Notes under the pieces: generated by a model
The model's database searches: none
What the model was told of the DNA's origin: nothing
What the model saw: only the letters and a program-made list of their open reading frames with translations
Shown here: piece after piece, positions 13,146-25,234 of the stretch
Layout: each line of letters starts with the position of its first letter
How positions within the stretch are numbered: the first letter of the stretch is position 1
NCBI GenBank assembly: GCA_001179505.1
Contig: CDMY01000179.1
Span: 62,001 to 126,000, forward strand
Source of the DNA: Vitrella brassicaformis CCMP3155
Lineage: Eukaryota; Protista; Chromerida
Reading direction: 5' to 3'
Length of the DNA: 64,000 bases
Program-made: the position numbers and the translations under genes

Positions 13146-14114
13146 ATCTACCTACCTGCATAGAGCGAATTGGTTAACCTCAGAGAGCGGTGGGCGGACA
13201 GAGCATTTGTATGGATGGATGGACGGACGAATGAATACTGAGAAGCGGACTGGATGGATGCATGGTGGACTCCCATGTAATGGTATGGTGCGTACTCAAG
13301 TTTGATACAAAAGCCTGCCTGCCTGCCTGCCTGACTTCCTCTCTCCCTTGATGTGCGTGGGTGCGTGCAATTCGGAAACACGGCCAATGGTTGGAGGTAT
13401 GTGCGCGTGGATGGATTGAAGGCTGCTCTCCTGTGGCTGGAATTTTTCAAGACAGATAGATGGACAGATGCAACGGACACACTCATCACGTGTATACAGA
13501 TATCAATGTCCGTCAACTCAATGAGATTTTCATACGGGTGTCGCCTTCCATTTCACACGCACCGCATTACACACACACACGCACACACACGAGATGATGG
13601 AAACGTTCGTCCGGCCGCACCCCACTTTCACGAAGCCACACACGTACAGCGGCCTCGACGAGAATGCACACGTGCATTTGTGGGTGCACTTGTGGGTGGT
13701 GATGAGCGATGGACGACTCTCCGCTCACAATGGCCATGGAATTTCATTCACTGAGTCAACGTGCACATGCACACAGAACCCGGTCACAATGCAGCCCCGC
13801 TAAGCAGCCAGCCGGGAGGCTATGGTGTCGATCAATTCACCTAGAGGCAGCAGATAAGCGATGACATCTCTCCACCCATCCCATCTGCCTGTCTGCCTGC
13901 CTGCCGGCTACACCCCTTTCTGTCCATCGCCCCACCACCGCCCTGCCCCTCCATCGAGCCGCACATCTAGAGAGATACACCAGTGACACACACATCATCA
14001 GGATGGACGGGCAGGCAGGAAGCAGAAGCAATCGATCAAAGAGCAACAGCCACCCATACACACAGCAAAATCTCTGAGCCTGCCTGCCCGCCCTCATCCA
14101 CCTGTTTCCCTCCA

Positions 14115-16513
14115 TCACGCCATCCGCAGCGGTCTGAATGTCTCCCTCCCGTCCCGCCCCTTGTCGACCCACCCCACCGCCCCCCACTCGACGGCCGACA
14201 CATCCTTTCTGAAGCCGTTGTCGATCTGCCCCACCAGCCCCCACTTGGCCGCCTCGTCCAGGATGGCCCGCTGCACCACCTCACGCAACTCCATCTTGCG
14301 GCCACCCACACCGCCCACCACAAAGCACTCAAGCTGCGGCGCACGCACCACCTGGCCGCCCACATTGGTCGTCCCGCCCACCACCTCCTTATTGCCCACC
14401 ACATGCAGCGATGCGGCGGCCTCCACGAACCGCGCCATCGCGGTGTTGACGCGGCGGCCGACCTCAGTGACGTTCTGCACGGGGCGGGGGCTCTGCTCGA
14501 GCACCGATGGGTTGACGAAGGACGACGCCACGCGCCAGGCGATGGCCGACATGTCCTGGTTGGCGAAGGGCATGTAGTCGTCTTGCCAGGAGGGCTCCGG
14601 GTCGACGTGTGGGGGGAGGGGGGGAGGAGGCACCGAGGGGCGGGATGGGTCGAATGAGGGGAAGGCGGTCTTGAGCTGCTGGGCGGTGGCATTGTGGAGT
14701 GCCTCGGTTAGCGCGTCGGCCATCTCGCGCTGAGGTCGCAGGGCGGCGTTGACGGCCGACATGACGGCAGTGGGCAGCTCGTTGAGCACCGCCGCATGCT
14801 CCGTCAGCACCGGCTGGCGCTGACGGCGACTCCTCTCTGTGGCTGTGAAGATGCTGCTGATGTCGGCACCCGCCCGCAGCAGTGAATGGATGATGCGCTT
14901 GTACTTGTCAATCTCGCCGCGACACCGCTCCTTGGAGGCCTCGGGAGTGTTGGGGTCCTGCGGCCGTTGGGTGTGGTCATGGTGCCATCTGGCAGCCGTG
15001 GCGAGGGGCGTCTGGCCATTGTTGTCCCGTCTGTCGATCTGGTCAGCGGGCAGCTTGCGGCAGAGGTAGTCGGCCACCTTGAGGGAGCCCTTCCATGCCG
15101 CGATGTGCAGTGGCGTCCGCCCATCATGCACGACGGTCCCTTCCGTCATGTCGGCGCCGTTCGCTGTGATGAGGTCCAGCTAGCTGTCGATGAACCACTG
15201 CAGGTAGTGGCCGCGTGCTTTGTTAGCTGCATAGTGCACCAGGTTGTAGTCGCCGCCTTCGGTGGCGAGGGTGTGGTCTCGTTCGATGAGTTGCCGATAC
15301 ATCGACAGCAACACCTTCAGATACTCGGGGGGAGGCGGACTCAGCGGCTCGGGCAGCGCCATCACTCTGTACCCCTGCAGGCGGATGCCGGGCCGCTTCA
15401 TTAGCAGCTCGAAGGCCGTCTCGTTGCCACATTCAATCGCCATTTGGAGGGGCGGGCTCCTCCGTCGATTGGGGTGGGCTCCTCCGTCGAGGAGTGCAGT
15501 CAGGACGGCCGACTGCAGCCCGTCAGATGACCACTGTGGCAGTGCGATGGGATGGCAGGCATCACCGTCATCGGCTTCGACAGTCTGGATGGTGTAGCCC
15601 GACTTGTTGTCGATGGCGATGGCGAGGAGGGGGTAAATGCACCAGGTGGGGTCTATGTCGCGGCTGTCCCTGACCACCAGCCCAGGCATGACATCTGGGT
15701 CGGCGCCCTGCTGCCGGATGAGGTCGGTCACTTCTCGCGCACTGGTGAAGCGGCGGCCGATGATCCACCGTGACAGCTCCCTGGTGGCGTCGTTGGTGCC
15801 CTTGAGGAAGCGAGCCTCCAGCTCATCGAGTCCGATGTCGCCGTCAGCCACAGGAACAGGAACAGCGGGATCTGCCAGGCCACTGAGAGGATGACCTGCA
15901 CCCCACACAGCCACCATACAACGGACAGTAATTGTGCGCACAGGATCCTCTCTCGCGTCTGTCTGGCGTACCTTCCTCCTCATTCTCCCAGTCGTCGTCG
16001 GAGTATCCGTATCCGTCATCGATATCGTCATCTTGGTCGTCATCACCATCCTCCTCCTGCATGCCATCCTGACACACGACAAAAGAGGCGGGGGGCGGAA
16101 AATGACGTATGTGCATCCATCGCATGGACCAGTGTTGGTGTTTATGAGTGCCTCACCGATTCGTCTCCATCTGCTGCCTGCGGACCATCACCACCATCCT
16201 GCTGCTGCTGGCCGCCTGGAAAGCAACACACACCCTCACCGACTCGGCTCAAGTGTGGTGCTGGTGTGTGTGCGTCCAATGGTCTGTGTGGCAGGTCTGA
16301 TCACTCACCGCTGTCTGCGCTAATGTGATGTCGTCCCTCCGGCTGCCCACTGCCGCCATTGTTATCCTCCTCAGCCAGATCGTCTGCACACGCAATCCAA
16401 GACACACACACACACGTGTGGCGCTGATGCTGTGTGTGTGATGTGTCACATTCATTCGTGTGTGGCGTACCTGCGTCGCCATCGCCACTGTCCGCCATGG
16501 CAGCGGAGGCCAT
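14115..16513 (-). pseudogene. Ankyrin-repeat protein of a lineage-expanded family, interrupted by one in-frame TAG (15180-15182)
   Basis: Ankyrin motifs PPLQMAIECGN, NLVHYAAN, GRTPLHIAAWKGSLKVADYL and GQTPLATAA are present. ORFs 15180-16082 and 14115-15149 are in the same frame (HYLQWFIDS*LDLITANGADM). Short acidic 5' exons start at MASAAMADSG. Confidence 0.75.
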
Positions 16514-17009
16514 GTGGGTGTCGTGACCTCCGGACATCTCACTCACTCAAACCGACACCAACAGCTGCACCGACCACACACAGAGGCAACGAGAGATGGG
16601 CAGACACCTGATGCATGCCTTGTGTGTGTGTTCGCCCACCTAAGTATGAGTCAATGGTATGCAAAGGCGCCCAATCAGTCCGCCCCGTCAACAAGGCCGA
16701 CCTGCACAACACCGACACACAAAGGCAGCAAGGCACATTCATTGTGGCTCGTGGTGAGCCCATCGCGTCGCACTCACTGTCGGTGAGCGCTGCTAAGCCG
16801 CGCGATGATCAATTCGCTCGTCAGGCAGGCCAGCAGATCTGTCTTCACTGCCGCCAGACGAGAAACGTCTTAAGAATGCTGGATGGAGTGGATGGAGGGA
16901 CTCGTCCGCTCCACTGTTTGTCACAGCGCTCACGGCGAGAGCCTCTAAGCAGCAAAGCTCCGCCGTCCGCCTGTTCGTGTTAGAGCTGAAGGAAACAAAC
17001 CCACCTCAC

Positions 17010-17509
17010 ATGGCAAAAAGAGGCCGGGGGATGGATGGCAACGACCCCTTTCCTCGGCACATCTACAAAATCGTGACGAAAAACGAGCTCCCAGCCGCTC
17101 TCAGCGCCGACGGACAGACATTCGTCGGCTCATCTCTCGACCTGCAGGACGGCTTCCTGCACCTGTCGACGGCAAAGGTCATCACCGAAGTGGCCAGCAG
17201 ATACTTCCAGGTGCATGCAGACACTCCGATGCACAGATCAATTCATGGAATGGGTGTTGATCTTCCTTCCTTCAGGGGCAGACAGACTGCGAGTTGATTG
17301 AGTGGGACACCGCACTGCTCGACCAGCCTCCTCTGTGGACAGCTGAAGCGCCGGCCAAAAGTGACGACACCACGAGCAAGACGCCCTTCCACCTGCTATC
17401 GAACGGCTGCGTTCACGTCTACGGCACGCTGCCTATGAAGGCTGTCGCCAGGCACGTCCCACTGCCCTTCGAGAACGGCCTCTTCGTCTTCCCTGACCTG
17501 AGAGACTAA
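17010..17509 (+). CDS. DUF952 family protein (2 exons, intron 17211-17275)
   Basis: HIYKIVTKNEL...FVGSSLDLQDGFLHLSTAKVITEVASRYFQ|GQTDCELIEWD...CVHVYGTLPMKAVARHVPLP...FVFP matches the DUF952 pattern (IYKI, DGFIHLST, HLYGPLP). Confidence 0.8.
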
Positions 17510-17533
17510 CTCAACTCATTGATTGCCGCAGAG

Positions 17534-19295
17534 ATGGGTTCCCGAATCGACAAGCGATGCTTTGCCAACAACCTGCCCGACTATCGAGAAGGCCAAGACG
17601 AGACCATGCCGTCACCCCAGCTGAGGACGCGGCTGCAGGGGCAGTGCACGTCGCTCATCGGTCAGATCGAGACTCATCTATCGCGGACCCACGGCCACGA
17701 CGAGGGCAGCGTGTATGTCGACGCCCCTGGGATGGCCTACATGTTCATCCAGGTGGCCCTGCGGACTCGGAATGGTGACTATTTGGTCAAGGCTGACAGG
17801 GTCCTGGACGCCGCTTCGCATCGAGCAGCGTCTGTGTCGCGGTCCATGCCTGAGCTGAGGCCATCCATCATGTGAGCAAAGCAACCAGAGGATAGACACA
17901 CAGAACACAACACGCCTCCTTTCTGCATCAACGTCAGGTGCGGCCCTGCCGGTGTCCATCTGCTGCAAGCTCTGAGCGCCATAGCTTCCCTCCAGCTGGG
18001 CAGGAGGGGCACATCCAAGGACGCCGTCACGGCTGCCGTGTCGACTTACCTCTCCCACACACCATCGGCCCTCCACCACACGGACAGTGACGAATGGCTC
18101 TACGGCCGCGCGGGTTTCCTCGTCGGCCTCATCTTGATCAAGCAGAGGCTGTCCAGTATCGGTATAAATCGGACCGTCGGCGAGGTCGACACGGCGGTGC
18201 ATCAGGTGGCCGAGCGCATGTTAGTCTCCGGTCGGCACTACGCGTCGCGGCACAGGAGCCGGTCGCCGCTCATGTACGCATGGCAGGGGGACGAGTATCT
18301 GGGCGCGGCGCACGGCGTCATGGGCATACTCTATGTGCTCATGCACGTGGACTCACTCATGGGGGGCACACAAGGGGCCAAGACCGGGGCCAAGCGAGAC
18401 ATCCGAATGGTACGCAGTCGACCAAAGACGCCGAATGCATGCACGCACTTTATGCATGCACGCACTTTACAGACGCAGCGCGGTTTGTTTGTTGTTTAGG
18501 CATTGGAGTATTTGTTGTCGTTGGAGACGGCCCATCACAACTGGCCTGCTGTGGTCGGCGAGACGGCCGATCACCTGGTGCATTTCTGTCACGGGGCACC
18601 TGGAGCTATCCTGATGTTCGTCAAGGCCTACCAAGTATGTGCGCACTCCGACAGATATCACTCACGCCGACCTGATGGGCAGGTGTGATGTTGGCATCAT
18701 GTGTCGACAGGTGTACGGTGATGTTCGCTATCTGCGTGCGGCCGAGCGTGCGGGTGAGTGTGTGTGGCGATACGGGCTGCTGCGGAAAGGCCCCGGGACC
18801 TGCCACGGAATCGCTGGTCAGTGGGGCAGACAGGCACGAGGGATCGGTCTCGTTGTTATTGTCTGCCTGTGATGGTGGCTGTGCTGTATCAATGGATCAG
18901 GCAACGGCTACGTGTTGCTGACTCTATTCCGCTGCACGCGCCACCGCAAATGGCTACACAGGTACAGTACAGTACCCACCTGCGGACGGCAGGCATGAGC
19001 ATCTCTGTTGGGTGCACACACTGCACGTCGATCAGGGCGTGTGAGTTTGCCGGGTTCATGTTCACGGACGAGGCGCGGCAGGGCAGCCGCACGCCCGACA
19101 ACCCTTTCTCACTGTACGAGGTGCCTCCCCACACTCCCGGACACACACTCAGATGAACACATACACGATTGTGTAGCTGAGCTGCGGATGGTGTGTGTTG
19201 GTGGGGGGCAGGGTGTGGCTGGCAGCGTCTGCTTCCTGCAGGATGTCACGCACGACGTGGAAAGCGCTAGGTTCCCTCTGTTCGAGCTATCGTGA
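17534..19295 (+). CDS. LANCL: LanC-like protein (LANCL/GCR2 family), multi-exon
   Basis: Motifs DEWLYGRAGFL, LMYAWQGDEYLGAAHGVMGILYVL, HFCHGAPG, GLLRKGPGTCHGIAG|NG and TPDNPFSLYE|GVAG...FPLFEL; both zinc-binding CHG motifs are present. Confidence 0.92.
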
Positions 19296-20089
19296 TGCAC
19301 TGACCTTTGTGGTGTCCCATGGATGGAGGGATGAGTGGGAGGATACTTCGTTGGGGTTGCGATGAATGCCGTTGACACCTTTACGCGCACACGTATGTCG
19401 AGTCACTCACGTCAATACGAGTAAGTCATTGGAACAGAGAGCGAGGGAAGCCAAGCCCAAAAAGGGGCTGAGTGACAAAACCACGTCAGTCACACGTAGG
19501 TGCTTCCACTCACATCGCACTCAAGTGGCCCACAAATCCGCATACGCACGCATGACGATGTCAGAGGATCCGTCCGCCCGCCGTGCTTGTCTGCGCTGGC
19601 CTATCGTGCCGGCCATCACTGAAGCCAAGACAGCCAGGTAGATGGGGTATCATCCCCTACTCCCGTGCTGCATCTGGTCTCCGTGATGGGCGGCACAGAC
19701 AGTCCAAACCACCACATACAGTCACACGACCCTGATCGATCGACCAAATGGTACGTCGTACGTGTGTGTAAGTCGACGGCTGCGCTCGTCCATTTATGCA
19801 GAGGTGGTCTGATGTGCGACTTCCCTTCCGTGCCCACTTAACCGCCGCCCCTGCCATCGAGCAGAAGCACACAATTTCGTGTGTGTTTCTGCTCGATGAC
19901 CAAGATGGACATGAAGCCGACACAGCAGGAGAAAACGCCTCTTGCCACCGTGCACAGCAGCCACCCATACTGGTCACCAATCCCCCCTCCCCCCCCTTCC
20001 TTCCTTTACAGCCACATGCTGGTGAGAGCAGTGAAAAGGTCAGCCGGTCAGCGCATCACTCGTACATACACGTTCACGTACACGTCACG

Positions 20090-20633
20090 TCATGCAGCCT
20101 TCTTGGCCGCCATTGTCCGGGTCGCCACCATCAGCCCGACTCCCACTGCCATGGTGATGGACGCGGCCGCCAGCCACACCTTGGGGCCTCCCAAGGCACT
20201 CATCGCCGACCAGGACGACTTCACATCAGCACCTGCACACGCAGACGGAGAGATCCCGCAGTGAATGTGCGCATCTCGTGTGCGTGGTTGTCAGTCATCT
20301 GCTGTACCTTCGAGCACACCGACGCAGAGCTCGTCGGCGATTTTCCGTGCGTCGTCGCTATGGCCGTAGCCTTCGAACTCCTCGGTCGCATCCTGACCTG
20401 CACACACCGTCACGCAGACACACACAGCAGGGAGATGAGCACACCCGTCCGCCAGACAGATCTCGTGGCATCCTGTTGATACCGGCGAGATTGACGATGA
20501 CGTCGGGTCCGCCCGGGTGGTCAACCATGTAGTTGCTGACGTCGTAGACCTTGCCCCACATAATGATCCAGCAGTCGTCCTCGGACGAATGCTTCTCCAT
20601 CTCCTCCTTGCTCACGGTGCGCAGACCTCCCAT
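20090..20633 (-). CDS. CYB5: Cytochrome b5 with C-terminal tail anchor (3 exons)
   Basis: VSKEEMEKHSSEDDCWIIMWGKVYDVSNYMVDHPGGPDVIVNLAG|QDATEEFEGYGHSDDARK contains the HPGG and GHS heme-ligand motifs. The hydrophobic tail is VWLAAASITMAVGVGLMVA. Confidence 0.93.
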
Positions 20634-20908
20634 CTTGCTTATCTATTGGCAGGGGTGCAAAAATCAGCTAGATGCACACGTGGAGGATGCTCCTAGGACC
20701 GCTTGCGGTGGTGATTATTGCACGGGAAAAGTTGTGGCGAGCTAAGGGCACTGAGGTGCTGTGAAACGGAGAGATTGCGCGTTTCACGGTGACATTGCGC
20801 ACTCGAAAGATCCCTCGTTGGTTTTCTCACCGGGACACTCTTGTGAGCCTGTTGCGTGTGCTGCCTGTGTCTTGTCGGCTGGAGTTTCGTGATCTCGGTG
20901 TTTGGAAA
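20634..20908. promoter_or_regulatory. Putative bidirectional promoter between cytochrome b5 and ferritin
   Basis: 275 bp with no long microsatellites separates two divergent start codons. Confidence 0.5.
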
Positions 20909-22211
20909 ATGAAGCAGATCTGGGCGTTCGTCTTCTGCGTGTCTATCATCTCGGCGCCCCTCTGTCGGGCCGAGACCCTCGCCGAACAGAACAAGGGATC
21001 ACTGGGTGAGCAGGGCCGACGAAAAAGGGCGGAAGACAGCCGGGGTTATCACCAGTCAGATTCAGGAGGGCATGTGTCCTCGTGCATCAGAGAGGCGGTG
21101 CTGGACTGCATGTCACGCCACAGAGAGATAGCAGCTACCACACGTGCTCATGTGTGCCCCCTGCCTCTGTGTCTCGCTCGCTCGCTCGTGTATGTGGTTG
21201 CAGGTCGCATGGCGCGTTATCCTCAGATGAAGCCCAAGGGCGTGCCGTCGCTGCTGGCAGGCGAGTCGATGAAGCTGGCCCAGCGGCAGAACTACCACGA
21301 GAAGGTTGAGGAAGCCCTTAACGCACACCTGCGGATGGAGTTTCAGGCCTTCTACACATACCGGGCCATCGCCGCCTACTTCGGCCGCTCGGACATCGCG
21401 TGAGCATGACATGTCACACACAGGGCATGGCATGCATTTGGTGGGTACACGTATGTGTGGGTCTTGGTGTCGCTGTGTGGTGGTGCGTGTTCAGGCTGCC
21501 CGGCTTCTACCAGTTTTTCAAGGGTCAGTCGGAAGAGGAGCTGGAGCACGCGCAGCAGTTCATCGACTACATGAACACGTGAGTCAGCACCCGCACACAC
21601 ACACGGGTGCACTGCACGTCATGCGCATGTCATGTCATGTGTGTGTTGCATTTGTATGTGTTGGGGATGGATGTGACAGTCGTGGCGGTATCTTCATTGC
21701 GCAGGACCTGGACGCGCCGCCGTATGACTTCAAGAGCGGCACTGCGGCGCTCAAGACCGCACTCAAGATGGAGAGAGACGTCAACGAATCGCTCCTCAAG
21801 GTGAGAGAGAATGACACACACAGACACAGACATCCACGCGCACCATCACGGGTGCACTCTGCGTGTGTGTGTCAGCTGCATTCCGTCGCTGAGGAGCACG
21901 GCGATCCCCAGTTCACCGACTTTCTCGAAGGCAACTTCCTCAACGAACAGGTACGTGCACACGACACACAGATCCCTCCCTCTAACTCCCCGCTCATATC
22001 CCCTCCCTTGTTCACTGTATGCATGCAGGTTGAGGCTCTGAAGGAGATCGCCGATCTGCTGACCAACATCGACCGTGTGGGCAACGAGGGCCTGGGGCTC
22101 TACGTCTACGACCGACAGCTCCAGGCCAACGGACCCACCGGCGCAGGCGCGCTCGGCATCGAAGTGGGCGGCGGCGGCGGGGGAGGCGCCGACGCGGGTG
22201 CCGCTGCATAG
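20909..22211 (+). CDS. Ferritin with N-terminal signal peptide and Gly/Ala-rich C-terminal extension
   Basis: RQNYHEKVEEALNAHLRMEFQAFYTY...|LPGFYQFFKGQSEEELEHAQQFIDYMNT|RGG...ALKMERDVNESLLK|LHSVAEEHGDPQFTDFLEGNFLNEQ|VEALKEIADLLTNIDRVG; ferroxidase-centre residues are present. The N-terminus MKQIWAFVFCVSIISAPLCRA looks like a signal peptide. Confidence 0.95.
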
Positions 22212-23801
22212 ATGTATATTTATGGATCACGACACTGTATGAGAGTGCTGTGGGTTGTTTTGGATGGACTGGCCGTCGTTTTGGTGTGTCTACCTAACCC
22301 CTCACTCACTCATCAATCCATTGGTGCCCTGCCTGCCTGCCTGCCGGTGGTCAGCCGCTCTCTTCCCATACGTGCGAGTGAGCTCAGCTGGCCTGGCCAC
22401 GTATGGGTGCATATGTTGGTATGTATGTTCGTATGTGTGTATCGCTCGCTGTTTGGTGTGGATGGGGGCCCGCCGGGGTGTTGGTGGGCGGGGGTGGGGG
22501 GGGTAGAAATTAATCGATCTGGGTGGGGTGGGTAGTGTCTGAGTGAGTGAGGTATGGGTGGGTACACAGTCATACATACATCTAACTGGAGAGAGCACAC
22601 CGACCCGGCCCGACGGAGGGGCGACCCGACCCCAGGCCTCATCCTGGTGTCTGTCGACTCGCTGCTTCGGACCATCCACACGAGTGAGTTGTTGTGTGTG
22701 GGTGAGCAAGTGAGTGCCTAGATTTGTGAGAGGTTGGTGCATGCTGATGAGTGGGTGGGTGTGCAGACACCGTGTGGACAACATCATCATGTTTGTGTCG
22801 CCGCGATGCCAGGGAGGGAGGGACACGGCGGCCCATACGTGCCCTGAGAGGTCGGCCGCGGGGGTGGTGTTGTCGATGTGCGCGGGGGGTATTTTCAATT
22901 TAAATATAATGTAGCAGTACAACACCACACCCTTCTGTCTGTCTTGTGTGTGTGTATGTATCGATCTCTCTATGTACGTATCCATTTTGGGGGTGACGGA
23001 GGGAAAGCCTCACAGAGTCGCTCTTCTCTCTTCCCTCGCTCTTTCTCTATCTCAACCAATCATTGTCTCACCTCACCCCGCCCCCCTCTCGCCGCACCCG
23101 GCCCTCTTGACGTCTGCCTGCATCTCTGTATCTGCCTCTGTCTGGTGCTATCTATCCCACACGACTCAACACCCACCCTGAATGTGCGATTTTAGCGCGC
23201 GTGTCTACAAGACTCGAAGACGCGAATGCATGCTTGTGAAGGGGGCGGGGCGGGGGGAGGAGGGAGGACTATCGTCTGTTGGTATGTATCTATCATCTAG
23301 CAGACACTACTACTCACTGGACTCTTCAACACACGGGGATGCACGGGACACACGGATTGGACAAACGGCAGCTGGTGCCACACGCTACATCCTTATGCGC
23401 CTGACGACGTGAATGACACCGTGTGGACACGCACACTTGGTGACATCTATGTCGCTGGGTGTGAAGAATGTGTGTGTGGCTAAGTGGGTGTCGATTCGGA
23501 CGCAACCTCTGTGGCCATCTGATGATTGCAGACTCGAATGGATTTGTCTGGAGTTACTTGTGAACACCAGACACACACTTGGGCGGTGCTATGAACATTG
23601 AACTGACTCACACACACACACACGCACACACACACATGTGCGTCACCGCACTAATGCCACGTTCAGCAGCGCCCAACTGATTCCACGAACATTGATGAAT
23701 GCACTGCAGCTGGCGCAAGACGCCGAGGGCCGTAAACTTCCGCCAGATTTACCTTGGGCCAACCGGTGACGCGCGTCACCGTCGTTTTCCCTTCGAGAAG
23801 G

Positions 23802-25234
23802 ATGGCCCGTCTGGTTACGTCGGTTGTGGACTCCATCTTTGTCCGGGGCTTGGCGGGGAGCCAGCGGCTCGCCTGGCTGTCAGGCCTCCTCGGCGTCATT
23901 CTCCTGGCCGTCGGTCCGCTTTTGCTCGGCCTCTATCTGCAACAAGACCCGCACCTGACGTACGTGTGTGACCAAAGGTGCAGATCCGTCGCAAAAGCTC
24001 TCTTGTGTGTCAGGTACATGACGGACGGTCTGCCTGCGTATGCCTTGTATGCCATCCCCTTGTGCTGTCTGGACGTCATCGCCACTGTGCTGCTCGTCAA
24101 GTGCTGCAGGTGCAAGGCGGCTGCCACCAGAACAACACTGGTGAGCTGAGCGCCATGAAGTCGGCAATGGGATGAGTAGATCTTCATATGGAGGGGCAGA
24201 GGGATGGCGCTTGTTTTGTGTGTGGGTAGTTGATGACTCTGGCGGTCCTGGGAATTCTGCTGACCCTTGTCGGCCTCTTCGCCATCAAAATATGCCTTGA
24301 TGTATGTGGGCACTTTATGGATGGATGGATGATGGACACAAACTTTCTGCGGCCATTCTCTGTCTGTCTTGCTGTCTGTGTGTGCCAGACATCCCACCAC
24401 GTGCTGCACAATTGCGGCGTTGGGCCAGGGAGCGACCAAGAAGCACGCCTCGAGACAATGTGGACAAAGCTGGGGCATTTCCTGGATGGCTGCGACCCCA
24501 CCAGACGAAAGATGCCACGGCAGTGCCCGGGCTTCTCACAGACATTCCCTGCCAAGTGAGATGAGCATATGGGACGTGGGCGAGGAATGGTCGTGCTTGT
24601 TTTGTTCTGGTCAGTGAGATGCCTTTTGTGAATTATCTGGAGGTGCTGGAAAGGGACTTCAAGTGCACCGGTGGGCATGGANNNNNNNNNNNNNNNNNNN
24701 NNNNNNNNNNNNNNNNNNNNNNNNNNNNNNNNNNNNNNNNNNNNNNNNNNNNNNNNNNNNNNNNNNNNNNNNNNNNNNNNNNNNNNNNNNNNNNNNNNNN
24801 NNNNNNNNNNNNNNNNNNNNNNNNNNNNNNNNNNNNNNNNNNNNNNNNNNNNNNNNNNNNNNNNNNNNNNNNNNNNNNNNNNNNNNNNNNNNNNNNNNNN
24901 NNNNNNNNNNNNNNNNNNNNNNNNNNNNNNNNNNNNNNNNNNNNNNNNNNNNNNNNNNNNNNNNNNNNNNNNNNNNNNNNNGGGGGGGGACACGGGCACT
25001 GCAGGAACGTCATTCATTGTGCGTTTCTGTCGGTTATCTATCTCAGGCGTCTGTCGTTTTGGGGCAAGGCCCATTTTTGTGAAGAGCATCAGCACGAGGA
25101 AGGCGCCAAGGTGTGCGACCAGTCTGGCCGCCCACCTGGAGCTGATGATGTATATGACGGGCTTGCCCGCAGCGGCCATGGGGGTGATCTTGCTCGTCGT
25201 CACGGTCTGTCTGGCTGGGTATGACCATCTGTGA
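23802..25234 (+). CDS. Four-pass membrane protein with tetraspanin-like topology, spanning an assembly gap
   Basis: Three N-terminal hydrophobic segments (LAWLSGLLGVILLAVGPLLLGLYL; ALYAIPLCCLDVIATVLLV; LMTLAVLGILLTLVGLFAI), then a Cys-containing loop, then a final TM (MMYMTGLPAAAMGVILLVVTVCLAGY). The canonical CCG motif was not seen. Confidence 0.5.
24682..24981. other. Assembly gap (300 N)
   Basis: Run of N bases. Confidence 1.

Noticed and set aside
20634-20908. Iron-responsive element in the ferritin 5' region
   Set aside because: No CAGUGN loop on the ferritin strand. The only obvious hairpin (gtgaaacg...cgtttcac, about 20760-20787) has an 11-nt loop and lacks IRE features.
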